Shown here piece by piece: positions 28,608-39,168 of a stretch of DNA of 64,000 nt (position 1 is the stretch's first letter; each line of letters opens with the position of its first letter). The notes below the pieces were generated by a model, which saw nothing but the letters and a program-made list of their open reading frames with translations, was not told where the DNA came from and did no database searches. Location: contig JBLMZZ010000162.1 of NCBI GenBank assembly GCA_050259095.1, forward strand, positions 4,667-68,666. The letters run 5' to 3'. A program made the position numbers and the translations under genes. The DNA is from Omnitrophica WOR_2 bacterium. GTDB taxonomy: Bacteria; Bacteroidota; Bacteroidia; Bacteroidales; Lentimicrobiaceae.

Positions 28608-30329
28608 TTATTGATATACTTCATTTTGAGGATCCCAGCTACACCAGCCTGATGCCCAGTCCTGGCTACCAAATGCACCAATGAAATTTACTTTATCAAA
28701 GAAATTAACATTTGCTGCAGGTGCATTATCCCAATGAGCTGAAGTTAAGAGTAAAGAACCTGTATTAGGAGTATTCTTAGGACTGGTAGAAGTATAAATA
28801 CTCTGATCAATTCCAGCATCCTGCCATTTATTGAGTATTTGATTTTGATAGCTTGCTGTATTATACCAGGCATTTACTTCAAATCCCGGAGCAATACTGT
28901 TATCAATTTGTTTCAATGGAATATTTAATGTCCCGTTTGGTCCTCCCCAACCATTATTTCCCCAATTCTCAACTCCAGCAAGAATAACATTTCTTACCTG
29001 AAGCTTATTATCAAGGGCATTCTGGCTCACCCCTGGTTTTGTATCATCCACGAATATTCCAACAGGAAATCCGGTCATGAATGAATTATAAAGGCAAGGT
29101 GCACTATTCTTTCTAATATGAACAGCATTCTGCAGTAATAAGCTTTGATTTATATCTGCAGCGTATTTACCTCCTATTATAGTAATATTTGCAAGTATAG
29201 GATGTGTTAACGGTGTTTTTGGAGTACCTGCACCATCATTGTCAACTTCAATACCATTCGAAGTGAACCTATCGGCTAAATTGGCATCTCTGATAGCATA
29301 TCCGTATTGAATTAATCCCACATATCCAAAATCAAAATCAAAATCATCATCAATCGTTTTGTATGATATTAGTCGTTTTGCATTAACAGTTCCTCCAAAA
29401 AACTCAAATGAATCATCCAATCCATATGAACACTGAATGTTTTCAATAACTGTTGCACTACCAACACTTGCCAGGGTAAGTGAATTGATTTCTTTGTTGT
29501 CACCTATAACTTTCCCGGCAAATTCAATACGAACATACCTAAGGATACCTGAGTTATCATCAGCAACAGTACCGCCATGTGCAGCACCATAATCACCTTC
29601 AAGGATTATTGAATTACCCTGGTTATTAGGAGCCTTACCACAAATCACTATACCACTCCAATCTCCTGCAGCTCTGCTTCCCGGAGCTTTATCTGAAGTG
29701 AAAATGATTGGCTGTGTTGCAGTGCCATCAGCAATTATCTTTGCGCCACGCTGAATTAAAAGAGTGCCTTTCGTGTCAGAGGCACCTAAAACTACAGTGC
29801 CAGGCTCAATAGTTAAGATGGCCCCATCTGCAACTTTAATGATGTCATTTATTCTCCAGAATTTATTGGCTGTCCAGGTGGTATTACTTGTGATATCACT
29901 TGTAACCTGAATTGTCTCCTTAACTGATGCTGCTAAAACTGTAATCTTAAAACTCTTTTGAGCAGACTTCTGATCAAGTGAATCAATTGCTTCAAACGCA
30001 ATATTAATTACTGTACCTTCAGGTGAACCTTCATCAATTTGATAAGTAAAATTATATGAAATCGTTTTCTCAAAACTGTAAGGTAATTCATCCAATAAGG
30101 TTCCATTCTTATAGATGTTGAGCTTTTTCAAACCTTTAACAGCATTGATTGTCACAGCAGTGGTAACATTATTACCAGGTTGACCTGATTTTTCACTATC
30201 AGTAAGTGAAATCACAGGCGCATTACCTGAAATCTGTGGGTCGTCACTATTATCTTTACAAGCATTAAAAATGAGCATTAACGCACTAAGAATCATCAGG
30301 GTGCAGAGGTAATTAGATTTTTTAATCAT
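28608..30329 (-). CDS. Surface lipoprotein with Ig-like domain and parallel beta-helix
   Basis: Lipobox FNA-C; LTIEPGT, PIIFTS, GDWSGIVICG, DNSGILRYVRIEFAG, DDSFEFFGGTV, DDDFDFDFGY, IGAFG motifs. Confidence 0.8.
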   Translation of the reverse strand: MIKKSNYLCTLMILSALMLIFNACKDNSDDPQISGNAPVISLTDSEKSGQPGNNVTTAVTINAVKGLKKLNIYKNGTLLDELPYSFEKTISYNFTYQIDEGSPEGTVINIAFEAIDSLDQKSAQKSFKITVLAASVKETIQVTSDITSNTTWTANKFWRINDIIKVADGAILTIEPGTVVLGASDTKGTLLIQRGAKIIADGTATQPIIFTSDKAPGSRAAGDWSGIVICGKAPNNQGNSIILEGDYGAAHGGTVADDNSGILRYVRIEFAGKVIGDNKEINSLTLASVGSATVIENIQCSYGLDDSFEFFGGTVNAKRLISYKTIDDDFDFDFGYVGLIQYGYAIRDANLADRFTSNGIEVDNDGAGTPKTPLTHPILANITIIGGKYAADINQSLLLQNAVHIRKNSAPCLYNSFMTGFPVGIFVDDTKPGVSQNALDNKLQVRNVILAGVENWGNNGWGGPNGTLNIPLKQIDNSIAPGFEVNAWYNTASYQNQILNKWQDAGIDQSIYTSTSPKNTPNTGSLLLTSAHWDNAPAANVNFFDKVNFIGAFGSQDWASGWCSWDPQNEVYQ

Positions 30330-30409
30330 AAATTATCACATTATTATTTGTTAACACTGAAAAATTAGTCTACAAGCATCAAAAGCTTAAATATATCTTT
30401 AAACCTGTT

Positions 30410-31081
30410 TTATTTAGTCGTATAAATCCGCTCTCCAAAAATTGCTGTTCCAATTCTAACCATATTACTACCTTCATCAATTGCGATTTTATAATCACCC
30501 GACATTCCCATTGAGAGAATTGAAAATGATTGAGTCTCACTAAAGTAGTTTAATTTTATAAGATCAAAAAAAGTTTTTAATGAATGAAATTCTTGTCTTA
30601 CCTGATTAATATTATCAGTAAAAGTGGCCATTCCCATTAAGCCGGTAATCCTGATATTTCGTAACTGTTTGTATTGTTCCGATTTTAAAAGAGTCTCAAC
30701 TTCAGTATAATCTAATCCAAACTTTGTTTCTTCCTGAGCAATATAAACTTGTAACAGGCAATCAATTACTTTACTATGTTTTTTTGCCTGATAATCAATT
30801 TCTTTTAGAAGCTTAAAACTATCTACACTATGAATCAGTGTAATAAAAGGAATAATATTTTTTACTTTATTTGTTTGTAGATGCCCAATAAGGTGCCATC
30901 TTATATCCTTAGGTAATCGTGTTTCCTTTAAAAGCAATTCCTGAACTTTATTTTCGCCAAAATCCATTATTCCTCTTTTATAGACTTCCATGATTTCATC
31001 AACTGTCCTGGTTTTGCTAACTGCAACCAGTTGTACATGCGATGGAATATCTGAAAGTATTTTCTTTATATTGTCAATCAT
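30410..31081 (-). CDS. yggS: PLP homeostasis protein YggS/PLPBP
   Basis: LVAVSKT, FGENKVQE, WHLIGHLQTNKVK, GLMGMA, LSMGMSGDY, VRIGTAIFG. Confidence 0.96.
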   Translation of the reverse strand: MIDNIKKILSDIPSHVQLVAVSKTRTVDEIMEVYKRGIMDFGENKVQELLLKETRLPKDIRWHLIGHLQTNKVKNIIPFITLIHSVDSFKLLKEIDYQAKKHSKVIDCLLQVYIAQEETKFGLDYTEVETLLKSEQYKQLRNIRITGLMGMATFTDNINQVRQEFHSLKTFFDLIKLNYFSETQSFSILSMGMSGDYKIAIDEGSNMVRIGTAIFGERIYTTK

Positions 31082-31174
31082 CTTAGCTGAATAATATAAA
31101 AGGTATGATGCAAATATAATCAGTTATTACAATTATTAAAATGAGCTTTTTAAGTCAGTAAACTATATTCTATA

Positions 31175-32107
31175 CTACTTAAACATTTTACTTAATCCTT
31201 CTCTAATTGAGTGGTTAGGATAATAATCAAGCAGTTTGCCAGCCTTGGTAATATCCGCAAACGTTATATCAACATCACCCGGTTGCATCGGTTTATATTC
31301 AATAACAACTTTAAATCCTGTTATTTCAGCTATAAGATTAATCAGATCAATGAGTGAAATTGTTTGATGATTTCCCAGGTTAATTATCTCATACCCTTTA
31401 ACTCTTTCAATTGAAGTAACTATTCCATTGACGATATCCTCAATGAATGTATAATCTCTTTTTGATAATCCATCTCCATACATGGTTATGGCTTTTCCTT
31501 CTTTAATAAGATGCCCAAATTTCTGTATAGCCATCTCGGGTCGCTGATTATGTCCATAGACAGTGAAGAACCTCAAACAGTAGATATTAAAATGATAAAG
31601 ATGATGATAAGTATAGCATAGCAATTCACCTGCTTTTTTACTGGCAGCGTAAGGTGAAATCGGATTGTCAACATTATCAGTTTCAGAGAATGGAGTCTTT
31701 TCATTATTTCCATAAACTGAAGAAGATGAAGCAAATACAAGATTATGAACTTTATGTTGACGCATTACTTCAAGCAAATTGAGTGTACCATTAACATTAA
31801 CATCATAATATAAATGCGGATCTTCTATTGAAGGTCTCACACCGGCACGTGCTGCCAAATGGACAACACATTCAGGGTTTACTTCTTCAAATACGTAAAG
31901 AAGGAATTCTTTGTCTCTTATATCACCCTCATAAAGTGTAAATTGAGGGGAGTTTATATATTCTTTAAGATTGCTTCTTTTTAATTGTGGATCATAAAAA
32001 TCGTCAAAATTGTCAATACCGGAAACAGTATTTCCTTCAATGAGCAATTGTTTAACAAGGTTTGAACCTATAAAACCGGCAGCACCGGTTACCAGTATCT
32101 TTTTCAT
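31175..32107 (-). CDS. NAD-dependent epimerase, UDP-glucuronate 4-epimerase-like
   Basis: TGAAGFIGS, HLAARAGVRPS, ASSSSVYG, YAASK, LRFFTVYG, QPGDV. Confidence 0.85.
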   Translation of the reverse strand: MKKILVTGAAGFIGSNLVKQLLIEGNTVSGIDNFDDFYDPQLKRSNLKEYINSPQFTLYEGDIRDKEFLLYVFEEVNPECVVHLAARAGVRPSIEDPHLYYDVNVNGTLNLLEVMRQHKVHNLVFASSSSVYGNNEKTPFSETDNVDNPISPYAASKKAGELLCYTYHHLYHFNIYCLRFFTVYGHNQRPEMAIQKFGHLIKEGKAITMYGDGLSKRDYTFIEDIVNGIVTSIERVKGYEIINLGNHQTISLIDLINLIAEITGFKVVIEYKPMQPGDVDITFADITKAGKLLDYYPNHSIREGLSKMFK

Positions 32108-32994
32108 TCCGGTTTAAATAATTGTTTCTTTTCCTGTTGTACGAGTTTAAGGTCGAGTGCTTCTGGCTTTAAGCTATAATATATACCCACAAGAGAAACT
32201 AATAAAGTAATGATGTAAAAAATTAAACTTAATGCAATTGAAAGATTAATATCCAGGTGTAATAACTTAGCTCCAAAAAGGAATGTAATTTCTCTTGATC
32301 CTATTCCTCCAATTGTTATTGGAAGTGCGGCAACAATTGAAGAAACTAAAAACAAAAAAAGATAAGAAGTCAAATTATCATATGAATCATTGGCAAACAA
32401 TATAAAGAGGGCTGAAAAAATTTGTAATAATTGAACTCCCAACGAAAGAGACGTTGTGATGGTTAGAACTTTATAAAATCTTTTAAAGAACTTTTTATTT
32501 ATTAATGCATAGATAAATAAGCTAATTGGAATAAGTGCCAATGCACTCATATTCCATATTTTATCAAAAGATAAAAATGGAATCAAACATAGTGATAACA
32601 TGTATAAAGCAAATACTCCATTAATGCGATCAAGCATAACCGACCAAAAAAGGTCTTTTACTCTTATGCTGAACTTCTTATTAAGCAGCCAAACTTTATA
32701 TCCATCTCCTCCAATACCACCCGGAAGAAATAAATTATAATACATTCCCAGCAAATAAAGTCTTAGGTTACTATTATCACTAAGTCTGATATTAATTGCT
32801 TCAAAAAAGTAATTAAGCCTCCATGCCGACGCCAATTTTGAGAGAGTAAAAAATGCAATAGCAACAAGAATAAAAAGATAATTTACACTATTAAAAATGA
32901 CTGTTACCTGATGGATGTCGATCTTGGTAAAGACATAATAAAGAGCTCCGGCAGAAAGCAGAATTTTTAAGAAAGCTTTGAGGAATGGCTTCAT
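32104..32994 (-). CDS. Lysylphosphatidylglycerol-synthase TM / flippase-like (UPF0104) membrane protein
   Basis: Polytopic; GMYYNLFLPGGIGGDGYK, LPITIGGIGSRE. Confidence 0.88.
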   Translation of the reverse strand: MKPFLKAFLKILLSAGALYYVFTKIDIHQVTVIFNSVNYLFILVAIAFFTLSKLASAWRLNYFFEAINIRLSDNSNLRLYLLGMYYNLFLPGGIGGDGYKVWLLNKKFSIRVKDLFWSVMLDRINGVFALYMLSLCLIPFLSFDKIWNMSALALIPISLFIYALINKKFFKRFYKVLTITTSLSLGVQLLQIFSALFILFANDSYDNLTSYLFLFLVSSIVAALPITIGGIGSREITFLFGAKLLHLDINLSIALSLIFYIITLLVSLVGIYYSLKPEALDLKLVQQEKKQLFKPE

Positions 32995-33939
32995 TTAATT
33001 TGTAAAAGTGTGTACTTTTCGAATCTTATATGGCCTTTTGTTCTGTGATTCATAATAAGTCCGCATTAGCAAGTCAGCTATTATGCCTACTGTTATAAGC
33101 TGAATACCTGCAATTAACAGTAGAATTCCAAGCAATAACATTGGCTTTCCCCAAATATCATGACCAGTGATCTTAAGTACTAAAAAATAAGTATTAATGA
33201 TCATGCCAATTATAGTCAATAATATACCAAGGCCTCCAAACAGATGCATTGGTTTTTGCATATATTTTTTAAAGAAAAGCATTAGTAACAGGTCACTTAC
33301 TACTTTAAATGTTCTGTTTATACCATACTTCGATTTCCCAAATTCTCTTGGATGGTGTTTTACATCAACTTGTGTAATTCGGGCACCTTCAAAACTTGCA
33401 AGTACAGGTATGAACCTATGCAGTTCACCATATAATCCAATATTTTTTGCAAGGTCGCTTTTAAACACCTTTAGTGTACATCCGTAATCCATTATTCTAA
33501 CACCGGTGCTGCTTCTAATTATTGAGTTAGCAATTTTGCTTGGAATTTTACGTAAGAACATACCATCCTGCCTGTTTTTTCTAACTCCTGCAACAAGATC
33601 CCATTCTTCATTAATTGCCATTTCAAGCATCATTGGAATATCGGAAGGATCATTCTGCAGATCTCCATCCATGGTAACCAAATACTCACCTCTGGCCTGT
33701 TCAATCCCTGCATATAAAGCAGAGCTCTGACCGAAATTTTTTCTTAATTCAACCAAGACAACCTTCTCATCCTTAAGATTTTTAATCTCGCGAAGAGTAG
33801 AGTCAGTAGAGCCATCATCAACGTATACAATCTCATAATCAAGTTCTTGCAGGGCATCATGAATCCTCTGATTCAATGGCTTGATATTCTGTTCTTCGTT
33901 ATACACACAAATGATAACGCTCAGTTTTGGTAGATCCAT
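32995..33939 (-). CDS. GT2 polyprenol-phosphate glycosyltransferase (ArnC/GtrB-like)
   Basis: SVIICVYNEE, VDDGSTD, RKNFGQ, TMDGDLQNDP, GELHRFIP, two C-terminal TMs. Confidence 0.92.
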   Translation of the reverse strand: MDLPKLSVIICVYNEEQNIKPLNQRIHDALQELDYEIVYVDDGSTDSTLREIKNLKDEKVVLVELRKNFGQSSALYAGIEQARGEYLVTMDGDLQNDPSDIPMMLEMAINEEWDLVAGVRKNRQDGMFLRKIPSKIANSIIRSSTGVRIMDYGCTLKVFKSDLAKNIGLYGELHRFIPVLASFEGARITQVDVKHHPREFGKSKYGINRTFKVVSDLLLMLFFKKYMQKPMHLFGGLGILLTIIGMIINTYFLVLKITGHDIWGKPMLLLGILLLIAGIQLITVGIIADLLMRTYYESQNKRPYKIRKVHTFTN

Positions 33940-34127
33940 TTATTGGTTTATTATCAAAAAAAATATAACTCTCTGTTTGATCCTGAAATTTGACCGGCTG
34001 TTGATTTTATAATTCTACAAAATTATCAAGATTTTCATGAAATATATAAAAAATAAGAAGTTGGGTGATGCTTCGATTGTTTTAACTAAGAAAAACCTAT
34101 TTTTGTGATACTTTAAATTTATACTTA

Positions 34128-35990
34128 ATGAATAAAATTATTGCCTCATTTCTCAGGCAGCTCTCTTTTTGGATTCTATTTTTCTTTATATCCCGTGCTA
34201 TATTTATTCTTTACAATATCAGGTTAATTGCTGCTGAAAATATCAGTGTTGGAGAAACCTTAGGAGCTTTTTGGCATTCATTACCTCTGGATCTTGCAAC
34301 TACTTGCTATTTACTGGTTTTCCCGTTTGTTTTGCTGGTATTACAAAGTATTTATAGCCCAGGATGGTTGAATAAAATAAATAAATACTACACCTTAATC
34401 GCAATAATTCTTTTCTCTCTGCTTACCTGTGTTGAACTAGGTATTTATCCTGAATGGAAGACCAAACTTCCATTCAAAGCACTTATGTACTTGAATCACC
34501 CTGCTGAAGTTTATAACTCAGCATCAACCTCAAGTTTCTTTCTTTTAATCTCTTTATTTTTAATTGAAACTATTGGTGGATATTGGATTTACAGAAAAGT
34601 ATTTGCTGTAGAAATAAGTGTTCCTGTTAAAAAATGGTACTTTTTCACTCCTGTATTTATAGCGTTTAGTTTACCAATATTGGTTCTGGGAGCAAGGGGA
34701 GGATGGCAGCAAATACCTATAAATCAAAGTGAATCGTATTATTCAAACCACAATATTCTCAATCTGGCATCAGTAAATTCAGCTTTTAACTTTTCCATTA
34801 GTATTATTGAGAACTATAAAAATATTGGGAAAAACCCTTATAATTTTTATCCAATTGATGAAGCGACTAAAGAAGTTAAAGATCTTTATTTTCTTCCAAA
34901 GGATACAACTGTTATGGTATTAAAGACTCAGAGGCCAAATATAGTGTTGCTTATTCTTGAAAGCTGGTCAGCTGACCTTATTGAATCTATTGGTGGTGAA
35001 AAAGGTATTACTCCTCAATTTCATGAACTTGAAAAAGGAGGCATCCTATTTACCAATCTCTATGCTACAGGTCCAAGAAGTGAACAGGCAATGGGCAGCA
35101 TCTTTAGCGGATTCCCTGCACATCCAATTTCTTCTGTTACTGTTCAACCTGACAAGTTTACAAAGCTACCTACTATTACTCATGAGTTAATAGATCAGGG
35201 TTATCATACATCATTTTACTTTGGAGGTCAGCTGCGTTATGGTAATATAAAAGGCTATATTCTTTATAATGGGTTTAAAAGAGTAGTTGAACATACTGAC
35301 TTTGGTAACAATGTTATTCGTGGAAAGCTGGGTGTACATGATGAATTTGTGCTTTCGCGTCAGTTATCAGATCTAAACAATGAAAAAGAACCATTCTTTT
35401 CCGGATTATTTACTTTGAGTTCTCACTCACCTTATGATCAACCAATGAAAAATGTATTTAATTGGGGTGGTAACGAGAATAACTATATTAATTCAGCTTA
35501 CTATACTGACAAGTGTTTGGGCAATTATTTCAGGGAAGCTAGAAAACAACCCTGGTATAAAAATACTCTATTCATCATTGTTGCTGACCATAGTCATAAT
35601 TCATACAGAAACTGGACTTTTACAACACCTGTATATCATAAAATACCTCTCTTATTCTATGGTGAAGTTATAAAAGATGAATATAGAGGAAATAAAATTA
35701 ACAGATTCTCAAATCAAATGGATCTCGCATCAACGCTTTTAAAGCAATTAGGCTTGAGCAATTCCGATTTTAAATGGAGTCGTAACTTATTTAATCCTTA
35801 CTCTCCTGAATTCGTGTATTATTCATTTGAAGAAGGATTTGGGTGGGTTACAAAAAAAGGGCACTTTGTATATGAACCAAAAATTGATCATTATAGTGAA
35901 GATACCTTCGCTCCACAAGATAAAGATTCTGTAAGAAAGCAAGGGAAATCATTTCTCGAAGTACTCTTTAATGAATATATGAACTTATAA
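34128..35990 (+). CDS. LTA synthase family / sulfatase-like membrane phosphotransferase
   Basis: Five N-terminal TMs, RGGWQ, PNIVLLILESW, TLSSHSPY, VADH. Confidence 0.9.
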   Translation: MNKIIASFLRQLSFWILFFFISRAIFILYNIRLIAAENISVGETLGAFWHSLPLDLATTCYLLVFPFVLLVLQSIYSPGWLNKINKYYTLIAIILFSLLTCVELGIYPEWKTKLPFKALMYLNHPAEVYNSASTSSFFLLISLFLIETIGGYWIYRKVFAVEISVPVKKWYFFTPVFIAFSLPILVLGARGGWQQIPINQSESYYSNHNILNLASVNSAFNFSISIIENYKNIGKNPYNFYPIDEATKEVKDLYFLPKDTTVMVLKTQRPNIVLLILESWSADLIESIGGEKGITPQFHELEKGGILFTNLYATGPRSEQAMGSIFSGFPAHPISSVTVQPDKFTKLPTITHELIDQGYHTSFYFGGQLRYGNIKGYILYNGFKRVVEHTDFGNNVIRGKLGVHDEFVLSRQLSDLNNEKEPFFSGLFTLSSHSPYDQPMKNVFNWGGNENNYINSAYYTDKCLGNYFREARKQPWYKNTLFIIVADHSHNSYRNWTFTTPVYHKIPLLFYGEVIKDEYRGNKINRFSNQMDLASTLLKQLGLSNSDFKWSRNLFNPYSPEFVYYSFEEGFGWVTKKGHFVYEPKIDHYSEDTFAPQDKDSVRKQGKSFLEVLFNEYMNL

Positions 35991-36010
35991 GTCTCTTTTT
36001 TCAAGTAACA

Positions 36011-38815
36011 ATGAGATCAACTACCTATAAATTTATAAATTATTTCAAAAATATAAGTCTTAGCAAGATGATCATGGGAAGCATGATCACTATTGCTTTC
36101 TTATTGGTATTTGTAGTTGGTTTTTATTGGGCAACCTATGAGAACCGGAAATTCAACTCTGAATTTAATAAAGTACAAGACGATCTAATTAATTATCATA
36201 GAGAACTTATTAAAAGAGAAGTTACCAGGTCAATTAATTATATTCAATTTGTACGATCTCTCTCGAAAGAGAAACTAATGTCGAATCTTAGTAACAGGGT
36301 AGATATTGCATGGAATATTGCCAACAATATTTATCAGGTTAATAAGGGCATCAAATCAGATAATGAAATCAAAAAAATGATTATTGATGCTATTAGGCCC
36401 TTTAGACTAAATAAAATTGACGATTACGTTTTCATTTATACATTAAATGGGGTTGCAGCCTTAACACCCGGTAATCCACAATTTGAAGGAAAGTCGTGTA
36501 TGCAACTTCATGATACACTTGGAAACTATATGGTACAACGTGAAGTGGATCTCATGAAAGAAGTCGACAAGGGGTTCATTGCTTATTATTTAAAAAGTAA
36601 TCACAACAACGAAGATTCGGTAGTATATAAGAACACTTATATTAGAAAATTCAGCCCGTTAGGTTGGTATTTTGGTTCAAAGGAATACATGGCTGATGTT
36701 GAGACTGATTTAAAAAATGATGTTTTAAAAAGATTGGCAAATGTGAGGTTTGACAATGAGGGATACATTTTTATACAGAATACCAAGAATGCTCCAATCA
36801 TGTCAAATGGAGCCATAATAAAAGAAGCCAGGATAGATATTACTCCATTTAATGTTAAAGAACGACAGAAGATCACCAATGTTGCATTGAATAATGGTGG
36901 ATTTGTACAATATGTACATCATAGGCCGGGATATATAGTTCAGGAACCAAAAACCGCTTATGTAGAATATGTTAAAGAATGGGATTGGATTGTAGGTGCA
37001 GGATTTTATAATAAAGAAATTGAAAGTTTGATCAATGAAAAAAGAGCTGAAATCAATGCTCAAAAAGTCAACACATTCACACGTATTTCGATTGCTTTAT
37101 TGCTGGTCCTTGGTATTGGTATAATCATCACACAACAAGTGGTAAATAGAATTAAACTCGGCTTCAAGAGATTTGACAAATTTTTTAATGAATCAAGCAA
37201 TAACTATAACCTGATTAGTGATAACGAGCTCTTCTATTCTGAATTTACTTCACTTTCTCATTCAGCCAATAGAATGGTAAATGATCTGAAGGAAACCCGA
37301 ATTGCATTTGAAAAAGAGCATTCATTGTTATCATCTATTATGGATTCCATTCCTGATATGATATTCATTAAAGATCTCAACAGCAGATATATAGGATGCA
37401 ATGAAGCTTTCTTAAACTATTTGGGCATAACCGAAGATGAATTAAAAAGCAAAACTGATTTCCAACTCTTCTCACCAGAGGCTGCTAAACTTTATGTTGA
37501 CAATGACGTGAAGATCATTGCAGATGGTATTCCAATTAGAAATGAAGAATGGATTACTTTCCCTGATGGTTCCCATCGTTTATATGATACTGTAAAGGTC
37601 CTTTGTCACGACAATTCTTCAAATATATTAGGGATTCTTTGCATTGGCAGGGATTTAACTGATCGTGATACCATTCAAAAAAAATACAAGGAGGCAAAGG
37701 AAAAGGCCGAAGAAGCCGATAGACTTAAAACTGCTTTTCTTGCAAATATGAGCCATGAGATCAGAACTCCAATGAATTCAATTGTTGGATTCTCAAATTT
37801 AATTGCTGAAGGTGGTTTGTCTGATGCAGAGCAAACAGAATACGTTGGACATATAAATACAGCAGCTAACAATCTTTTAAATCTAATCAACGATATCATT
37901 GATATTGCTAAAATTGAAGCTGGTCAGCTTACCATTAAACCTGAGTACTGTAAGATTGATAAAATAATTGAAGACTTGTTTATATCTGCTTCGGAATACA
38001 AAAGTCAGTTAAACAAGCAGAATGTTGTATTAAGTTATGAAATAGATCCTTATCTAAGATCAATAAAAATATTGACTGATCCTTACAGACTTAATCAGGT
38101 ACTTACAAACCTGGTAGTAAATGCAATAAAATTTACAAATTCAGGATCAATTGAATTCGGTTGTAAATTGAAAGAAGGTACTATCTATTTCTTTATAAAG
38201 GATACCGGTATAGGCATTACTGAAAAAGACCAATTGCAACTATTTAAACGATTCAGGCAAGTAGGAGAGGATAGAGGCCATAAAACGGGAGGAACCGGAC
38301 TTGGGTTGGCTATTTCAAAACATATTGTCGAACTGATGCAAGGTGAAATTAACGTAGCTTCTGAAAAAGGGAAAGGCTCATTATTCAGTTTTCATATTCC
38401 TTATTATCCGCTTCAGGAAGATAAAATAAAGCTGATTAAAATAAATGAAAGTGATTGGAATGATAAAGTAATTATGGTTATTGAAAACGAAGAGGCTTCC
38501 TTTAATTACTTAAAAGCTGTCTTTTCGGGTACTGGTGCTAAAATAATCAGATCATACAATAGTGAGGATGCAACTGTTCTTTTTGAGAGATCTGAAGGTA
38601 TTGATTTGATATATGCAGATATTAATCCGAATGATACAACAATCTTTGATTTTATCCATCAGGTTAAAACCATCTCTCCCAAACTTCCTATTATTGGTCA
38701 AACAAACTCTAAGTATGATGTTGATAATAACTCTTCCGGATGTGATACTATAATAGCCAAACCAGTTAAATATCATCTCATACTTCAGGTTGTTGCTCCT
38801 TATATTGAAAATTAG
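36011..38815 (+). CDS. Hybrid sensor kinase (Cache-PAS-HisKA-HATPase-receiver)
   Basis: Cache repeats (YVFIY, WDWIVGAG), PAS (IPDMIFIKD..YIGCN), ANMSHEIRTPMN, NLVVNAIKF, GTGLGLAI, C-terminal receiver. Confidence 0.93.
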   Translation: MRSTTYKFINYFKNISLSKMIMGSMITIAFLLVFVVGFYWATYENRKFNSEFNKVQDDLINYHRELIKREVTRSINYIQFVRSLSKEKLMSNLSNRVDIAWNIANNIYQVNKGIKSDNEIKKMIIDAIRPFRLNKIDDYVFIYTLNGVAALTPGNPQFEGKSCMQLHDTLGNYMVQREVDLMKEVDKGFIAYYLKSNHNNEDSVVYKNTYIRKFSPLGWYFGSKEYMADVETDLKNDVLKRLANVRFDNEGYIFIQNTKNAPIMSNGAIIKEARIDITPFNVKERQKITNVALNNGGFVQYVHHRPGYIVQEPKTAYVEYVKEWDWIVGAGFYNKEIESLINEKRAEINAQKVNTFTRISIALLLVLGIGIIITQQVVNRIKLGFKRFDKFFNESSNNYNLISDNELFYSEFTSLSHSANRMVNDLKETRIAFEKEHSLLSSIMDSIPDMIFIKDLNSRYIGCNEAFLNYLGITEDELKSKTDFQLFSPEAAKLYVDNDVKIIADGIPIRNEEWITFPDGSHRLYDTVKVLCHDNSSNILGILCIGRDLTDRDTIQKKYKEAKEKAEEADRLKTAFLANMSHEIRTPMNSIVGFSNLIAEGGLSDAEQTEYVGHINTAANNLLNLINDIIDIAKIEAGQLTIKPEYCKIDKIIEDLFISASEYKSQLNKQNVVLSYEIDPYLRSIKILTDPYRLNQVLTNLVVNAIKFTNSGSIEFGCKLKEGTIYFFIKDTGIGITEKDQLQLFKRFRQVGEDRGHKTGGTGLGLAISKHIVELMQGEINVASEKGKGSLFSFHIPYYPLQEDKIKLIKINESDWNDKVIMVIENEEASFNYLKAVFSGTGAKIIRSYNSEDATVLFERSEGIDLIYADINPNDTTIFDFIHQVKTISPKLPIIGQTNSKYDVDNNSSGCDTIIAKPVKYHLILQVVAPYIEN

Positions 38816-38991
38816 ACCAGAATAGAGATTTCCTTCAAGAAAAGTTACAGTTAATGAACGCTGTAGTCTATTACAAGATCGTTCTATTCCTATAATATCC
38901 ATAATTTTCGGGAATCTGTCAACCTTCTTATTAGAGAATATTAAGGAAAAAAGAAATTAACGCGCACAAGTAAAGAATTTAAGTATTTAGT

Positions 38992-39032
38992 AAAAAGAAG
39001 AGGTCGTCTTAAAAGGACAGCCTTCTCTTTTC
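38992..39032. terminator. Imperfect hairpin flanked by A/T tracts
   Basis: AAAAAGAAGAGGTCGTC-TTAAAAG-GACAGCCTTCTCTTTT with two mismatches. Confidence 0.5.
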
Positions 39033-39090
39033 GTTATAATATTTATACCTTAAATTAAACAATTTAGTAAATTTGTTGATGAATCATTAA

Positions 39091-39168
39091 TAGTTACTCT
39101 AGGGTTACTCTATAGTTACTCTACAGTTACTCTATAATTAGTCTACCAATTTGGTAGAGATACTGTAG
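39091..39168. repeat. 11-bp tandem array (NNGTTACTCTA x4 plus one degenerate unit) followed by a palindrome and an inverted unit
   Basis: tagttactcta gggttactcta tagttactcta cagttactcta taattagtcta; TCTACCAA-T-TTGGTAGA (39142-39158); TAGAGATACTGTAG (39155-39168). Confidence 0.9.

Noticed and set aside
38460-38815. Degenerate receiver domain in the Cache hybrid kinase
   Set aside because: The phospho-acceptor Asp (YADI), Thr and Lys-Pro are retained; only ED to EN differs, which is not enough to call it inactive.
39091-39168. CRISPR array
   Set aside because: Units are 11 bp and contiguous with no spacers, and no cas genes are present.
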